This document shows, piece after piece, positions 47,783 to 57,811 of a DNA stretch of 64,000 nt. Source of the DNA: Bdellovibrionia bacterium (GTDB lineage: Bacteria > Bdellovibrionota > UBA1018); contig JBMSSC010000001.1 in the NCBI GenBank assembly GCA_049424145.1, forward strand, positions 32,267-96,266, written 5' to 3'. Numbering within the stretch: position 1 is the stretch's first letter; each line of letters begins with the position of its first letter. The position numbers and the translations under genes were made by a program. Below the pieces are notes generated by a model. It ran no database searches, was not told where the DNA came from, and worked only from the letters and a program-made list of their open reading frames with translations.

Positions 47783-48895
47783 ATGGCAAAAGGAAGAGGG
47801 TTTCGTTTTGGTTTTTATCTGTCCGTGCTTTTCCTTTTAGGAGCAGTGGTTTTTTTTGGAAAAGCCGCAGTCTTCTACTTTTCTCCCCAGGATGAGGACT
47901 TGCACACGCCTCAGATTGTTGAGATTCGAAAGGGGCAAACTCCGCGGGAAATTTCAAAGCTTTTGGTGGATTTGGGTTTGGTATCAGACTCCTCCTGGTT
48001 TTTTCTCACGGGTCGATTGGCGGGTCAGTGGAGACGGGTGAAGTCAGGAGAGTATCGCTTAGCTGCGGACCTCTCGCCGCGTGAAATTTTCTCGGTCTTA
48101 ACTTCAGGCAATAGCTTACCTCACCCCTTCACGGTACGTGAGGGGGAAAATCGCTACGAAATCGCAGCTGAGCTTGAACAAAAGGGGCTTGGACATCGTC
48201 AGAAGTTTTTGGACCTCTCGGTTGATCCTCAGTTCATTCGCTCGTTTTCTTGGTTTCAGCAGGATCCTCCCGCTACTTTAGAGGGCTATTTTTTTCCTGA
48301 TACTTATTATTTGAATACTTCTTTAAGCGAAGAGGACTTGATCCGTCTCATGGTGAAGCATTTCTTTCAGGGCTGGACGAGTGATTACGATCAGCGCTCA
48401 CAGGAGGTGGGACTCAATCGGCATCAAGTCGTCACTTTAGCCTCCATGATTGAAAAAGAAACCGGGGCAGAGGAAGAAAGACCTTTGATTAGCTCGGTTT
48501 TTCATAACCGATTGAAAAAACACATGAAGCTTCAAAGTGATCCTACAACGATTTACGGGATGTGGGAGCGCTACCACGGCAAGCTCAGTCGAAAAGATTT
48601 AAGCGAGAAGAATCTCTACAATACCTACTTTGTCAGTGGCTTGCCTGTGGGGCCGATTGGGAATCCTGGCCAACTGGCGATTCGCGCAGCCTTATATCCG
48701 GCCGATTCATCTTATCTCTATTTTGTCTCGCATAATGATGGGACTCATCAGTTTTCTCGTACGCTCCAGGAGCACAATCGGGCGGTTCACATTTTTCAGC
48801 TCGATCCGAAGATGAGAGTGGGAAAGAGCTGGCGTGATCACCTGAGGCAGAAGGCTGGGCCGGCGAGTTTGGGCTCTGAGTCCTCGGTTCATTAA
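47783..48895 (+). CDS. mltG: Endolytic transglycosylase MltG
   Basis: LEGYFFPDTY, LASMIEKET, LQSDPT, GLPVGPI and YLYFV motifs. Confidence 0.95.
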   Translation: MAKGRGFRFGFYLSVLFLLGAVVFFGKAAVFYFSPQDEDLHTPQIVEIRKGQTPREISKLLVDLGLVSDSSWFFLTGRLAGQWRRVKSGEYRLAADLSPREIFSVLTSGNSLPHPFTVREGENRYEIAAELEQKGLGHRQKFLDLSVDPQFIRSFSWFQQDPPATLEGYFFPDTYYLNTSLSEEDLIRLMVKHFFQGWTSDYDQRSQEVGLNRHQVVTLASMIEKETGAEEERPLISSVFHNRLKKHMKLQSDPTTIYGMWERYHGKLSRKDLSEKNLYNTYFVSGLPVGPIGNPGQLAIRAALYPADSSYLYFVSHNDGTHQFSRTLQEHNRAVHIFQLDPKMRVGKSWRDHLRQKAGPASLGSESSVH

Positions 48896-49282
48896 AACGA
48901 GAAAAAAAACGAGAAAAAGCAAAAAAAGTGAGAGACGAAATGAAGACGGATTCTCTTTGGAAAAAGGGTCAGTCCTTCTTCAGGGGTGAGTGAAGAGGAG
49001 GAGAAAAGGCCTCGACTGTGGATTTCGTCGGGTGTTGCTTCCTCAGGAGGAGCTTTTTTCTCCCTTTCAGGGGGTTTCTTTTTTTTTGCTTTACTCAGTC
49101 AGAGGACTCTGTTAGCCCAAGGAAAGAGCAGAGAACTATCCTGCTAATCAATCCAAAACAAGCCGCGGAGAGTATTAAAAAGCGGGTCTGAGAACGTCGT
49201 TACCAAACTCATCTATATCCAATCAGTGTGTCACCGCGGCAAAGTAACGAGAGAAAGAATGGAAGGCAATTAAGGGATTTCA

Positions 49283-50530
49283 ATGCATCTGAGAGAACTG
49301 AAAGAAAAAAAAATTGGTGATTTAGTTGAAATGGGTAAAGAGCTCGGCATTGAAAACGCCGGCGGAATGCGCAAGCAGGATTTAATTTTTGCTGTTCTTC
49401 AGAAAAAAGCAGAGAAAGATGAGCACATTTACGCAGATGGGGTCTTAGAGTGCTTGCCCGATGGATTTGGTTTTTTAAGAGCCCCCGATTATAACTACCT
49501 CCCGGGTCCAGACGATGTGTATGTCTCGCCTTCTCAAATTCGACGTTTTGGCCTGCGTACGGGGGATACGGTCAGTGGTTCTGTCCGCGCGCCGAAAGAA
49601 GGGGAGCGTTATTTTGCTCTTTTAAAAGTTGAGCAAGTGAATTTTCAGACTCCGGAGATGAATTCGGAGAAGGTGCTCTTTGATAACCTGACGCCCCTTT
49701 ATCCCAATAAACGAATTAATCTCGAGTATCAGCCCACGATTTATAGCACACGAATCATTGATATGATGGTGCCGTTGGGCAAAGGTCAGCGTTGCTTAAT
49801 TGTTGCACCCCCGCGAGCGGGTAAGACGGTTTTAATGCAAGATATCGCCAACGCGATTACGACCAATCATCCGGAGATTAAGCTCATTGTCTTGTTGATC
49901 GATGAGCGTCCTGAGGAAGTCACGGATATGCAACGTTCCGTCAAAGGTGAGGTGGTGAGCTCCACCTTTGATGAGCAAGCCTCCCGGCACGTGCAAGTGG
50001 CTGAGATGGTCATTGAAAAGGCGAAGCGTCTGGTGGAAAACAAGTACGATGTGGTGATCCTACTTGACTCCATTACTCGTTTAGCTCGAGCCTACAATTC
50101 CGTGGTGCCTCCGTCGGGGAAAATCCTCTCAGGCGGTGTGGATTCCAATGCCTTACATAAACCGAAGCGATTTTTTGGAGCCGCAAGAAATATCGAAGAG
50201 GGGGGGTCGTTAACCATTATTGCAACCTCCTTAGTTGAGACTGGATCTCGAATGGATGAAGTGATCTTTGAAGAGTTCAAAGGCACAGGAAACTCCGAGA
50301 TTCATCTGGACCGAAAATTGATGGAAAAGCGCATCTTTCCTTGCTTGGACATCAATAAGTCGGCCACTCGTAAGGAAGAGTTGTTGTTGCCAAAAGACAT
50401 GCTCAATCGGCTTTGGATTTTAAGAAAAGTTCTCCATCCCATGAACACCGTGGATGCGATGGAGTTTTTATTAGAAAAAGTGTCACGAACCAAGACCAAT
50501 GACGAGTTCATTAAGGCCATGAGCGGTTAA
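49283..50530 (+). CDS. rho: Transcription termination factor Rho
   Basis: [23 protein letters not shown] and [11 protein letters not shown] motifs. Confidence 0.98.
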   Translation: MHLRELKEKKIGDLVEMGKELGIENAGGMRKQDLIFAVLQKKAEKDEHIYADGVLECLPDGFGFLRAPDYNYLPGPDDVYVSPSQIRRFGLRTGDTVSGSVRAPKEGERYFALLKVEQVNFQTPEMNSEKVLFDNLTPLYPNKRINLEYQPTIYSTRIIDMMVPLGKGQRCLIVAPPRAGKTVLMQDIANAITTNHPEIKLIVLLIDERPEEVTDMQRSVKGEVVSSTFDEQASRHVQVAEMVIEKAKRLVENKYDVVILLDSITRLARAYNSVVPPSGKILSGGVDSNALHKPKRFFGAARNIEEGGSLTIIATSLVETGSRMDEVIFEEFKGTGNSEIHLDRKLMEKRIFPCLDINKSATRKEELLLPKDMLNRLWILRKVLHPMNTVDAMEFLLEKVSRTKTNDEFIKAMSG

Positions 50531-50603
50531 ATTCGCTCGGTGCTGAAGTGAGCATTGAGATTCTATTGACGTGAATTAATCGATTTGTTAGAAGAGGTCG
50601 CCT

Positions 50604-50804
50604 ATGAAACAAGGTATTCATCCGCAGTATCATGAAACCACAGTCAGTTGTGCTTGTGGAAGTCTTATTGAAACCCGAGCCACCAAAGAAAATATTAAGA
50701 TCGAAGTGTGCTCTCAGTGTCATCCGTTCTTCACAGGAAAGCACAAGCTGCTTGACACCGAAGGTCGGGTTGAGCGTTTCCTCAATAAATACAAGAAGAA
50801 GTAG
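50604..50804 (+). CDS. rpmE: 50S ribosomal protein L31 (zinc-binding type)
   Basis: MKQGIHP.Y, CACG and CSQCHPFFTG motifs. Confidence 0.97.
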   Translation: MKQGIHPQYHETTVSCACGSLIETRATKENIKIEVCSQCHPFFTGKHKLLDTEGRVERFLNKYKKK

Positions 50805-50859
50805 TTCTTTTTAAGACGACAGTTTTTTTTCAGACTGTGGGTCTGAGGTCACATCACGA

Positions 50860-51894
50860 ATGAAGAAGGCATCCGCTCAGTTCACTAGCATTGGGGGTCA
50901 GGCCGTAATTGAGGGTGTGATGATGCGCTCGCCACGCTTCATTGCCGTGGCAGTGAGGAAGCCCAATCAGAAGATCATCATTCAAAGCAAGGCCTTTGAG
51001 AGTTGGTCTCACCGATGGCCCCTCCTTAGGCAGCCTGTGATTCGTGGGGTGTTGACTCTCTTTGAGTCCATGGTGCAAGGGATGGAGTCCCTCACGTACT
51101 CGGCCCAAGTATCAGCAGATTTACCTGAGACCCAAGAGAAGCTCTCCTCAGGTGCAATCATCGCTTCCATTGGGTCTGCCCTTGTCTTAGGTTTAGGAGT
51201 CTTCGTTGGACTTCCGCACCTTCTGACAGTTTGGGTCACTCAGCTGAAAGTCATTGATGTCTCAGTGAATCACCCCGGATTTCATCTGGTTGACGGCGTT
51301 TTTAAGATGCTGATTCTTCTGGCCTACGTGTACAGCATTAGCTGGATGAAAGAAATCTATCGGGTGTTTCAGTACCATGGGGCGGAGCACAAGTCGATTT
51401 ATGCATTTGAGGCGGGGCAGAGGCTTGAGGTGGAGTCTGCTCGGAAGTTTGAGACCCTTCATCCTCGATGTGGGACAAGCTTTTTACTGTTTCTTGTGCT
51501 CATCAGTGTCTTGGTGTTTAGTTTTCTGTTTCCCTTGCTCAGGTTGAATCAGCTCTTTACTCATTCCTTTTTAAATCACCTGTTCATGGTGGGAGTGAAG
51601 GTGCTCTTGATTTTTCCCGTCGCTGGGATCGCTTACGAGTTTATTCGGGCCTGCGCGTTTCGTATGCAAAGTCCAGGATTTCGATGGCTCATCTGGCCTG
51701 GACTCATGCTGCAGCGATTAACCACGCGTGAGCCGCAGGATGATCAGCTCGAGGTGGCCTTAGCTGCCCTTCGGCAGGTTTTGATTTTAGAGAAACAAGG
51801 TGCAAGCGTTCTTAGCCCTCAGCCAACAGAGATCTCTCGGTTATCTGATTTGGGCGAAGTGCAGGCCCAATTAGACGAGTTTTCGGAAGCATAA
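50860..51894 (+). CDS. DUF1385-family membrane protein
   Basis: GGQAVIEGVMM, YHGAEHK, HPRCGTSF and LTTREP motifs; usual rpmE-prfA context. Confidence 0.9.
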   Translation: MKKASAQFTSIGGQAVIEGVMMRSPRFIAVAVRKPNQKIIIQSKAFESWSHRWPLLRQPVIRGVLTLFESMVQGMESLTYSAQVSADLPETQEKLSSGAIIASIGSALVLGLGVFVGLPHLLTVWVTQLKVIDVSVNHPGFHLVDGVFKMLILLAYVYSISWMKEIYRVFQYHGAEHKSIYAFEAGQRLEVESARKFETLHPRCGTSFLLFLVLISVLVFSFLFPLLRLNQLFTHSFLNHLFMVGVKVLLIFPVAGIAYEFIRACAFRMQSPGFRWLIWPGLMLQRLTTREPQDDQLEVALAALRQVLILEKQGASVLSPQPTEISRLSDLGEVQAQLDEFSEA

Positions 51895-51897
51895 TTC

Positions 51898-52971
51898 ATG
51901 TTTGATCAATTAGAAGCAGTAGAACTTCGGTTTAATGAGATTGAGAGTCGCCTGGCGGATCCCGAGATTGCCTCGCGCTCGGCAGATTTTAGGAAGCTCT
52001 CCCAAGAGCATGCAAGCCTTGGAGAGGTGATTGCAGAGTATCGCCGCTATAAGCGATTAGCCCAAGAGGTGGAATCCAATCACCAGCTCGTTCGAGACAA
52101 GGACCCAGCCATTGAGGAAATGGCCAAGGAGGAGCTGAAGCGCTTGGAGCCTGAGCTGGAAGCTTCGAAAAAACAACTCCAGATTCTCCTTCTACCCAAA
52201 GACCCGAATGATGAGAAAAACGTCGTGTTTGAAATCCGCGCCGGTGCGGGTGGGGATGAAGCAGCCTTGTTCGTAGGCGAGCTCTTTCGCCTCTATCAGC
52301 GATACGCGGAACGTCAGGGCTGGCGCGTGGATCTGTTGTCGGCCAGCTCCACCGGGTTGGGCGGATTTAAGGAAATCATTGCTGAGATTCAAGGGAACCG
52401 AGTGTATAGCCGGCTGAAGTGGGAAGGCGGCGTGCATCGCGTCCAACGCGTGCCTGCCACTGAGGCGCAGGGCCGAATTCATACTTCAACTGTGACGGTA
52501 GCCGTTCTGCCTGAGGCAGAAGACGTCGATGTGGTCATTCAACCCACGGATTTAAGAATTGACGTGTTTCGATCAGGAGGAGCTGGAGGCCAAGGGGTGA
52601 ACACCACGGACTCAGCCGTCCGAATCACCCACAATCCCTCTGGGCTCGTGGTCGTGTGTCAGGATGAGCGATCCCAGCTCAAAAACAAAGATAAGGCCAT
52701 GAAGATCCTTCGCTCCAGGCTTTTAGATTTAGAGCAAGAAAAGGCGGCAAAAAGTCTGACCGATGCGCGCCGAAGTATGGTGGGCACCGGGGATCGCAGT
52801 GAACGCATTCGAACCTATAACTTCCCTCAAGGTCGACTCACCGATCACCGCATTGGGCTGACGCTGTATCAACTCGCCGATGTCATGGAGGGCAAGGTGG
52901 ATGAGATCATTGATGGGCTCATGGCTCATTACCAAATGCTGGCCTTAAAAGAGCAAGGACTCAGTCCTTGA
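51898..52971 (+). CDS. prfA: Peptide chain release factor 1
   Basis: EIRAGAGGDEA, PAT (PxT) anticodon motif, GGQ and IRTYNFPQ. Confidence 0.97.
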   Translation: MFDQLEAVELRFNEIESRLADPEIASRSADFRKLSQEHASLGEVIAEYRRYKRLAQEVESNHQLVRDKDPAIEEMAKEELKRLEPELEASKKQLQILLLPKDPNDEKNVVFEIRAGAGGDEAALFVGELFRLYQRYAERQGWRVDLLSASSTGLGGFKEIIAEIQGNRVYSRLKWEGGVHRVQRVPATEAQGRIHTSTVTVAVLPEAEDVDVVIQPTDLRIDVFRSGGAGGQGVNTTDSAVRITHNPSGLVVVCQDERSQLKNKDKAMKILRSRLLDLEQEKAAKSLTDARRSMVGTGDRSERIRTYNFPQGRLTDHRIGLTLYQLADVMEGKVDEIIDGLMAHYQMLALKEQGLSP

Positions 52972-53990
52972 AGGCTTCAGGGGTTTCTCAAGAGCTCTTG
53001 AGGTTTCATGAGGCCTTGGATTTAGCTCGCACCCTGCTCTCCCAGAGTCGCAAGCTAGTGGAAGAGGCGCGCGTCTCCCCTGAGGCATCCATTTTAGTCT
53101 TAGAAGCCTACCGATTCGCAACGGGTCAAAAATTGAGCTCGTTTGAGTTTTTACAAAAACTGGAGAGCCGAGCGCAGCCTGAGTTTCCTCGGCAGGCCCA
53201 AGAGCAGCTCCAGCTTTGGTGCCAAAGGCGTGTCCAAGGGGAACCGCTTCAGTACCTCACTCGTGTGCAAACCTTTTTTGATCATGAGTACTGCGTGGGA
53301 CCCGAGGTTCTGGTTCCCAGACCGGAGACCGAGGTGCTTCTTCAAACGGCCTTGGATCAGCTGACCCGTTCAGGGTCAAGCCCCGCTCTTGGTCTTGAGA
53401 TCGGTTTGGGAAGTGGTGTTCTTTCCATTGAACTTTTAAGTCGGTTTCCAAGCCTTAGGATGGTGGCCTCTGAGGTCTCTGAAAAAGCCCAAGGGTTGGC
53501 CTTAAAAAATGCGACCGCTGTTTTAGGGGAGACTTCTTTGGGTGCTGCTCGGCTGAAGGTCCTTCAGCCTCTGGCTCAAACGCAGGTTTTTGAGTGCTTC
53601 GATCGGTTTTGTAACTCCGATCCCCGTGTTTCGTTTCGAAGGCACGCGGATTTTTTGATCTCCAATCCCCCCTACTTAGTTCATGAAAACGAAGTGGACC
53701 CTGAGGTGCTCTCTTATGAGCCTCACGTGGCCCTTTTTGCTCCCGAGGGGGATGCGTTGTTTTTTTACCGAAAAATTTGCGATCAAGCCCATCTCTGGGT
53801 CCGTACCGGGGGCTGGATTTTTTTAGAGCTGCCTCATGAAAGGGCAAAAGCCATTGAGGCCATGTTTCAGGGGGGCTATGCTCAAGTGAAACTCATCTCG
53901 GATCTTACGGGGCGTCCCCGAGTGCTTGCGGCTCAAGTGGGATCTTGGGATGGCAATCCAGTGCAGGAGGTTCAAAAAAACGATGGATAA
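52968..53990 (+). CDS. prmC: Release factor glutamine methyltransferase
   Basis: GEPLQY, VLVPRPETE, G.GSG and SNPPY motifs. Confidence 0.93.
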   Translation: MKASGVSQELLRFHEALDLARTLLSQSRKLVEEARVSPEASILVLEAYRFATGQKLSSFEFLQKLESRAQPEFPRQAQEQLQLWCQRRVQGEPLQYLTRVQTFFDHEYCVGPEVLVPRPETEVLLQTALDQLTRSGSSPALGLEIGLGSGVLSIELLSRFPSLRMVASEVSEKAQGLALKNATAVLGETSLGAARLKVLQPLAQTQVFECFDRFCNSDPRVSFRRHADFLISNPPYLVHENEVDPEVLSYEPHVALFAPEGDALFFYRKICDQAHLWVRTGGWIFLELPHERAKAIEAMFQGGYAQVKLISDLTGRPRVLAAQVGSWDGNPVQEVQKNDG

Positions 53991-55245
53991 AATTAAAATT
54001 CAAGGGGGTCGCCCCCTGCGTGGAAAAGTAGAAGTCAGTGGGGCTAAGAACGCAGCCCTTCCCATTTTAATCGCCTCGCTTTTATCCGAGGAGCGTTGCA
54101 CTTTTAGAAAGGTTCCGGCCCTTCAAGATATTCGAACCACGCTGAAGTTGCTCAACCACTTGGGCGTGAAGACCGAGGTGAATTGGGATCAAAACACGGT
54201 GAGCTTACAAGCTGCTCAAGTGGAGTCCGTTGAGGCGCCCTATGATTTGGTGCGAACCATGAGGGCATCCGTGGTGGTCTTAGGTCCTCTGCTGGCGCGC
54301 TTTGGTCGAGCTAAGGTCAGTATGCCGGGGGGCTGTGCCATCGGGGCTCGCCCGATTAATTATCATCTGGCAGGCTTTGAGCGTCTCGGAGCTCAGGTGG
54401 AGCTTGAGAATGGCTACGTTGTGGTTTCAGCTAAAAAGCTCAGAGGCAATCGCGTGGCTTTTGAGTTTCCCAGTGTGGGAGCAACGGAGAACCTCATGAT
54501 GGCAGCGGTTCTGGCACAAGGCGAAACCTTGCTTGAGAACTGCGCCCGAGAGCCTGAGATTGTGGATCTAGCCAATACACTCATTGCGATGGGTGCTGAG
54601 ATTGAAGGTGCTGGAACCGAAGTGATTCGAATCCAAGGCAAGTCCAACCTGAAGGGCTGCGTCTATGACATCATGGGCGATCGAATTGAAGCAGGGACCT
54701 TCCTCTGCGCGGCTTTTGCTACTCAAGGAGAAGTAGAAGTGCAGGGCGTGTGTCCAGACTTTCTTGAGTCAGCGTTGATTAAATTTGAAGAAGCCGGCGC
54801 CTCCATTGACCGGGAGCCTGATGGTGTGATCTTAAAAAGCACGGGCCGCCCCAAATCAACGGATATCACCACCTTGCCTTACCCGGGGTTCCCCACTGAC
54901 ATGCAAGCCCAATTCATGGCCGCTATGACCGTGGCCGATGGAGCGTCGTTGATCACCGAGACGATCTTTGAGAATCGCTTCATGCACGTTTCTGAACTCG
55001 TGAGACTGGGCGCGGATATTACGGTTCGAGGAAACACCGCCTTGGTCCGAGGGGCTTCGTCTTTGCAGGGGGCTCCGTTGATGGCCACGGATCTCAGAGC
55101 TAGTGCAAGTTTAGTGATTGCAGGTCTGTCTGCTCAAGGGGAGTCGGAGATTAGTCGAATCTATCACTTGGATCGAGGCTATGAGCGCATGGAGGAAAAA
55201 CTCAGGGGGCTCGGGGCAGAGATTCAGAGGGTCTCCGGTGTCTGA
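53983..55245 (+). CDS. murA: UDP-GlcNAc enolpyruvyl transferase
   Basis: SGAKNAALP, PGGCAIGARP (Cys-type) and PGFPTDMQ motifs; start ATG 53983. Confidence 0.97.
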   Translation: MDKIKIQGGRPLRGKVEVSGAKNAALPILIASLLSEERCTFRKVPALQDIRTTLKLLNHLGVKTEVNWDQNTVSLQAAQVESVEAPYDLVRTMRASVVVLGPLLARFGRAKVSMPGGCAIGARPINYHLAGFERLGAQVELENGYVVVSAKKLRGNRVAFEFPSVGATENLMMAAVLAQGETLLENCAREPEIVDLANTLIAMGAEIEGAGTEVIRIQGKSNLKGCVYDIMGDRIEAGTFLCAAFATQGEVEVQGVCPDFLESALIKFEEAGASIDREPDGVILKSTGRPKSTDITTLPYPGFPTDMQAQFMAAMTVADGASLITETIFENRFMHVSELVRLGADITVRGNTALVRGASSLQGAPLMATDLRASASLVIAGLSAQGESEISRIYHLDRGYERMEEKLRGLGAEIQRVSGV

Positions 55246-55633
55246 TTTAAACTGTCTTTTTTGTCAAATGATTGAGGGAAAAATTCCCGTGGCCCGGGTC
55301 TTTGAAGATGAGTGGTGCATCTGCATCCGCGATATTCATCCGCAAGCCAAAATTCATCTGCTGGTCATTCCTAAGAGGCACGTGGCATCGTTAGAAGCGT
55401 TCGCGCAAGCTCATCCTGCTGGACTTTTAGCTTCAAGCCAGGATCCCCAAGTGGATTCTTGCGAGCTTTTGGGAAACCTTCTGGAGCGCGCCGTTCGAAT
55501 TGCAAAGCAAGAAGGCCTTTTACCCTCAGGCTTTCGAACGGTGATCAATACGAATGCCCATGGCGGTCAGAGTGTGTTTCACTTGCACATTCACCTTTTA
55601 GGGGGAGAGCCACTGAGCGGGCAATTTGCCTAG
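55238..55633 (+). CDS. HIT-family (HinT-like) protein
   Basis: CLFC, DIHPQA and HLHIHLLGG motifs; probable start GTG 55238. Confidence 0.9.
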   Translation: MSDLNCLFCQMIEGKIPVARVFEDEWCICIRDIHPQAKIHLLVIPKRHVASLEAFAQAHPAGLLASSQDPQVDSCELLGNLLERAVRIAKQEGLLPSGFRTVINTNAHGGQSVFHLHIHLLGGEPLSGQFA

Positions 55634-55701
55634 GACTTGGGCGCCCAAGTGTCCATCCTGGGTTTTGGTTGTGAACGTGGCGCGACTCAGATGAGTTCAG
55701 G

Positions 55702-56118
55702 CTAGTCTGCTTTCCGGTTGATCATGGAGCCTTTTTCAAGCTTCGAGTCCTTCGCTGTCCTCTCTGAGCGTGCATAGGTTTTTTTCCCTTGATGGCGTGC
55801 AAGGGTGCTTCTCTCCTCTTTCCCTAGGTTCAATAGATCGGTCATCTCGGTCGTGGTGGACCCTAGGCCTGCGGGTTGGGCGCTCGGAGAGGCAGGGGCT
55901 GAGCCATCCGCTACGACTTGGAGGTGAGGCTTTTTTTTCGGAGCCTTTTTTTCCTGCTCCTGCTTCTGCTTCTGGGGTTGGGAGGAAAAAGAAGAGGAGG
56001 AATGCTCTTGGGATGACTCCTTTTGGTTTTTTTGCTCAGCCTCCGGGCGCTTCGGCTCCGATGTTTTTGCAATGGGAGTCAGGAGTTTCGCTAATGCAGC
56101 GGTCACTCGGGATAGCAT
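55702..56118 (-). CDS. Hypothetical hydrophilic, low-complexity protein
   Basis: ATG with an SD-like AAAGGG; 138 aa, rich in Q/K/S; fills the gap between neighbouring genes. Confidence 0.55.
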   Translation of the reverse strand: MLSRVTAALAKLLTPIAKTSEPKRPEAEQKNQKESSQEHSSSSFSSQPQKQKQEQEKKAPKKKPHLQVVADGSAPASPSAQPAGLGSTTTEMTDLLNLGKEERSTLARHQGKKTYARSERTAKDSKLEKGSMINRKAD

Positions 56119-56536
56119 CTGAACGACCCTTTCTACCGAGATTCCATTCCCTCTGAGGCGCCCCCGCTTCAGAGGAGAGTCCCTGAGTTCCAGGGGTGAA
56201 CTAGATCAATGAACTTCATTGACCTAAGATCCGGACCCATATCCAGGGGATCGAATCCGGAGCCTCTCACTGAAGGGTTCGGTTGAATTCAAAGAAAACT
56301 TGAGAGGTTTCTGCGGAAGCATCCTAGGTTATCGAAATGATGGATCGATCAGTCCCCGTTGCTCATCCAGACGGAAGCAGGACAGAAAAGTGGATCAAAT
56401 TACACCCCTAATGGGAGTTCAGAGTTGATTCTCCCTAGTTCCAGTGCTAACAGTATTGCTTTAAGCAATCTTTTCAGAAGTGGGTGGGATAAAAAAGCCC
56501 ATAAAAACTCAAAGTTAGAGGATAACAATCACTGTG

Positions 56537-57775
56537 ATGGATATTTTTGATAAATGTAGGGATTTTCAGGATGCAAAGAAAGTGCAAGCAGCGGGAGTGT
56601 ATCCCTATTTCCGACCGATTGAGTCCACGGTCGGCTCCTCTGTCGTCACGCACGGTAAACGCCGAGTGATGATTGGATCAAATAACTACTTAGGTTTAAC
56701 CCATGATCCCAGGGTTCAAGCCGCCGCTAAAGCTGCCATCGACCAGTATGGCACCGGATGTACTGGGTCTCGCTTTTTAAATGGAAACCTTGCTTCTCAT
56801 GAAGAACTCGAAGTCCGTTTAGCTCAGTTCCTAGGAAAAGAAGCGTGTTTGGTTTTTAGCACGGGGTTTCTCTCCAATCAAGGTGCTCTCTCCAGTCTCG
56901 TGGGTCGCAATGATGTGATCTACAGTGATCGAGAGAATCATGCCTCCATCATCGAAGGAACCATTGTCTCCTTAGGCGACACGGTGAAGTTTCGCCACAA
57001 CAACATGGCCGATTTAGAGCGAGTGCTGATGAACACTCGAAGTAAGTATGAAGGTGCCCTGATTGTTGCCGATGGGGTTTTCTCCATGTCGGGCGATATT
57101 TTTAATCTCCCCAAAGCCAGTGAGCTCGCTAAGAAATACAATTGTAAGCTTTACATTGATGATGCTCATGCCATCGGAGTCTTGGGCCCTCAAGGTCAAG
57201 GCACGGGGCACCATTTTCAGATGCCCGATGCCGTCGACATCGTTGTGGGGACTTTTTCAAAGTCCTTTGCTTCCATCGGAGGCTACGTGGCCAGTTCGGC
57301 TGAAGTGATCCACTACATTAAACACAAGTGCAGGCCCTTTATTTTTAGTGCGGCCATGCCGCCTGCTGCAGTTGCCACCGTGTTAGAGTGCTTACGGCTC
57401 GTGCAAGAAGAGCCCGTTCATTTGAGCAATCTGTGGAAGAATGCGAATAAAATGAAAAAGCAGCTCACCGCCATGGGCTACAACACACTGAACACGCAAA
57501 CCCCGATCATCCCTCTTTTGATCGGAGATGATTTCACAGCCTTTAGCTTCACTCAGACACTCTATGAACACGGCGTGTTTGCCACTCCAGTGGTTCGCCC
57601 TGCGGTTCCTGAGGGCTGTGCGTTGATCCGAACCAGTTACATGGCCTCTCATACCGAGGAAGACTTAGATTACGTGCTTCACTGCTTAGAAAAACTCGGT
57701 CGAGAGTTTGGCATCTTAGGCAGTCAGGCTCGCACTCAGCAGTTGGCTGAATTGGCTCAGTCTCACTTCGCTTAA
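56537..57775 (+). CDS. spt: Serine palmitoyltransferase (alpha-oxoamine synthase family)
   Basis: GVYPYFRPIES, GSNNYLGL, GTGCTGSRFLNG, NHASI, DDAH and PLP-lysine motif GTFSKSFASIGG. Confidence 0.78.
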   Translation: MDIFDKCRDFQDAKKVQAAGVYPYFRPIESTVGSSVVTHGKRRVMIGSNNYLGLTHDPRVQAAAKAAIDQYGTGCTGSRFLNGNLASHEELEVRLAQFLGKEACLVFSTGFLSNQGALSSLVGRNDVIYSDRENHASIIEGTIVSLGDTVKFRHNNMADLERVLMNTRSKYEGALIVADGVFSMSGDIFNLPKASELAKKYNCKLYIDDAHAIGVLGPQGQGTGHHFQMPDAVDIVVGTFSKSFASIGGYVASSAEVIHYIKHKCRPFIFSAAMPPAAVATVLECLRLVQEEPVHLSNLWKNANKMKKQLTAMGYNTLNTQTPIIPLLIGDDFTAFSFTQTLYEHGVFATPVVRPAVPEGCALIRTSYMASHTEEDLDYVLHCLEKLGREFGILGSQARTQQLAELAQSHFA

Positions 57776-57811
57776 CGCGTTGAACAGCTCACCGATTTTT
57801 GCCTGAATTTT

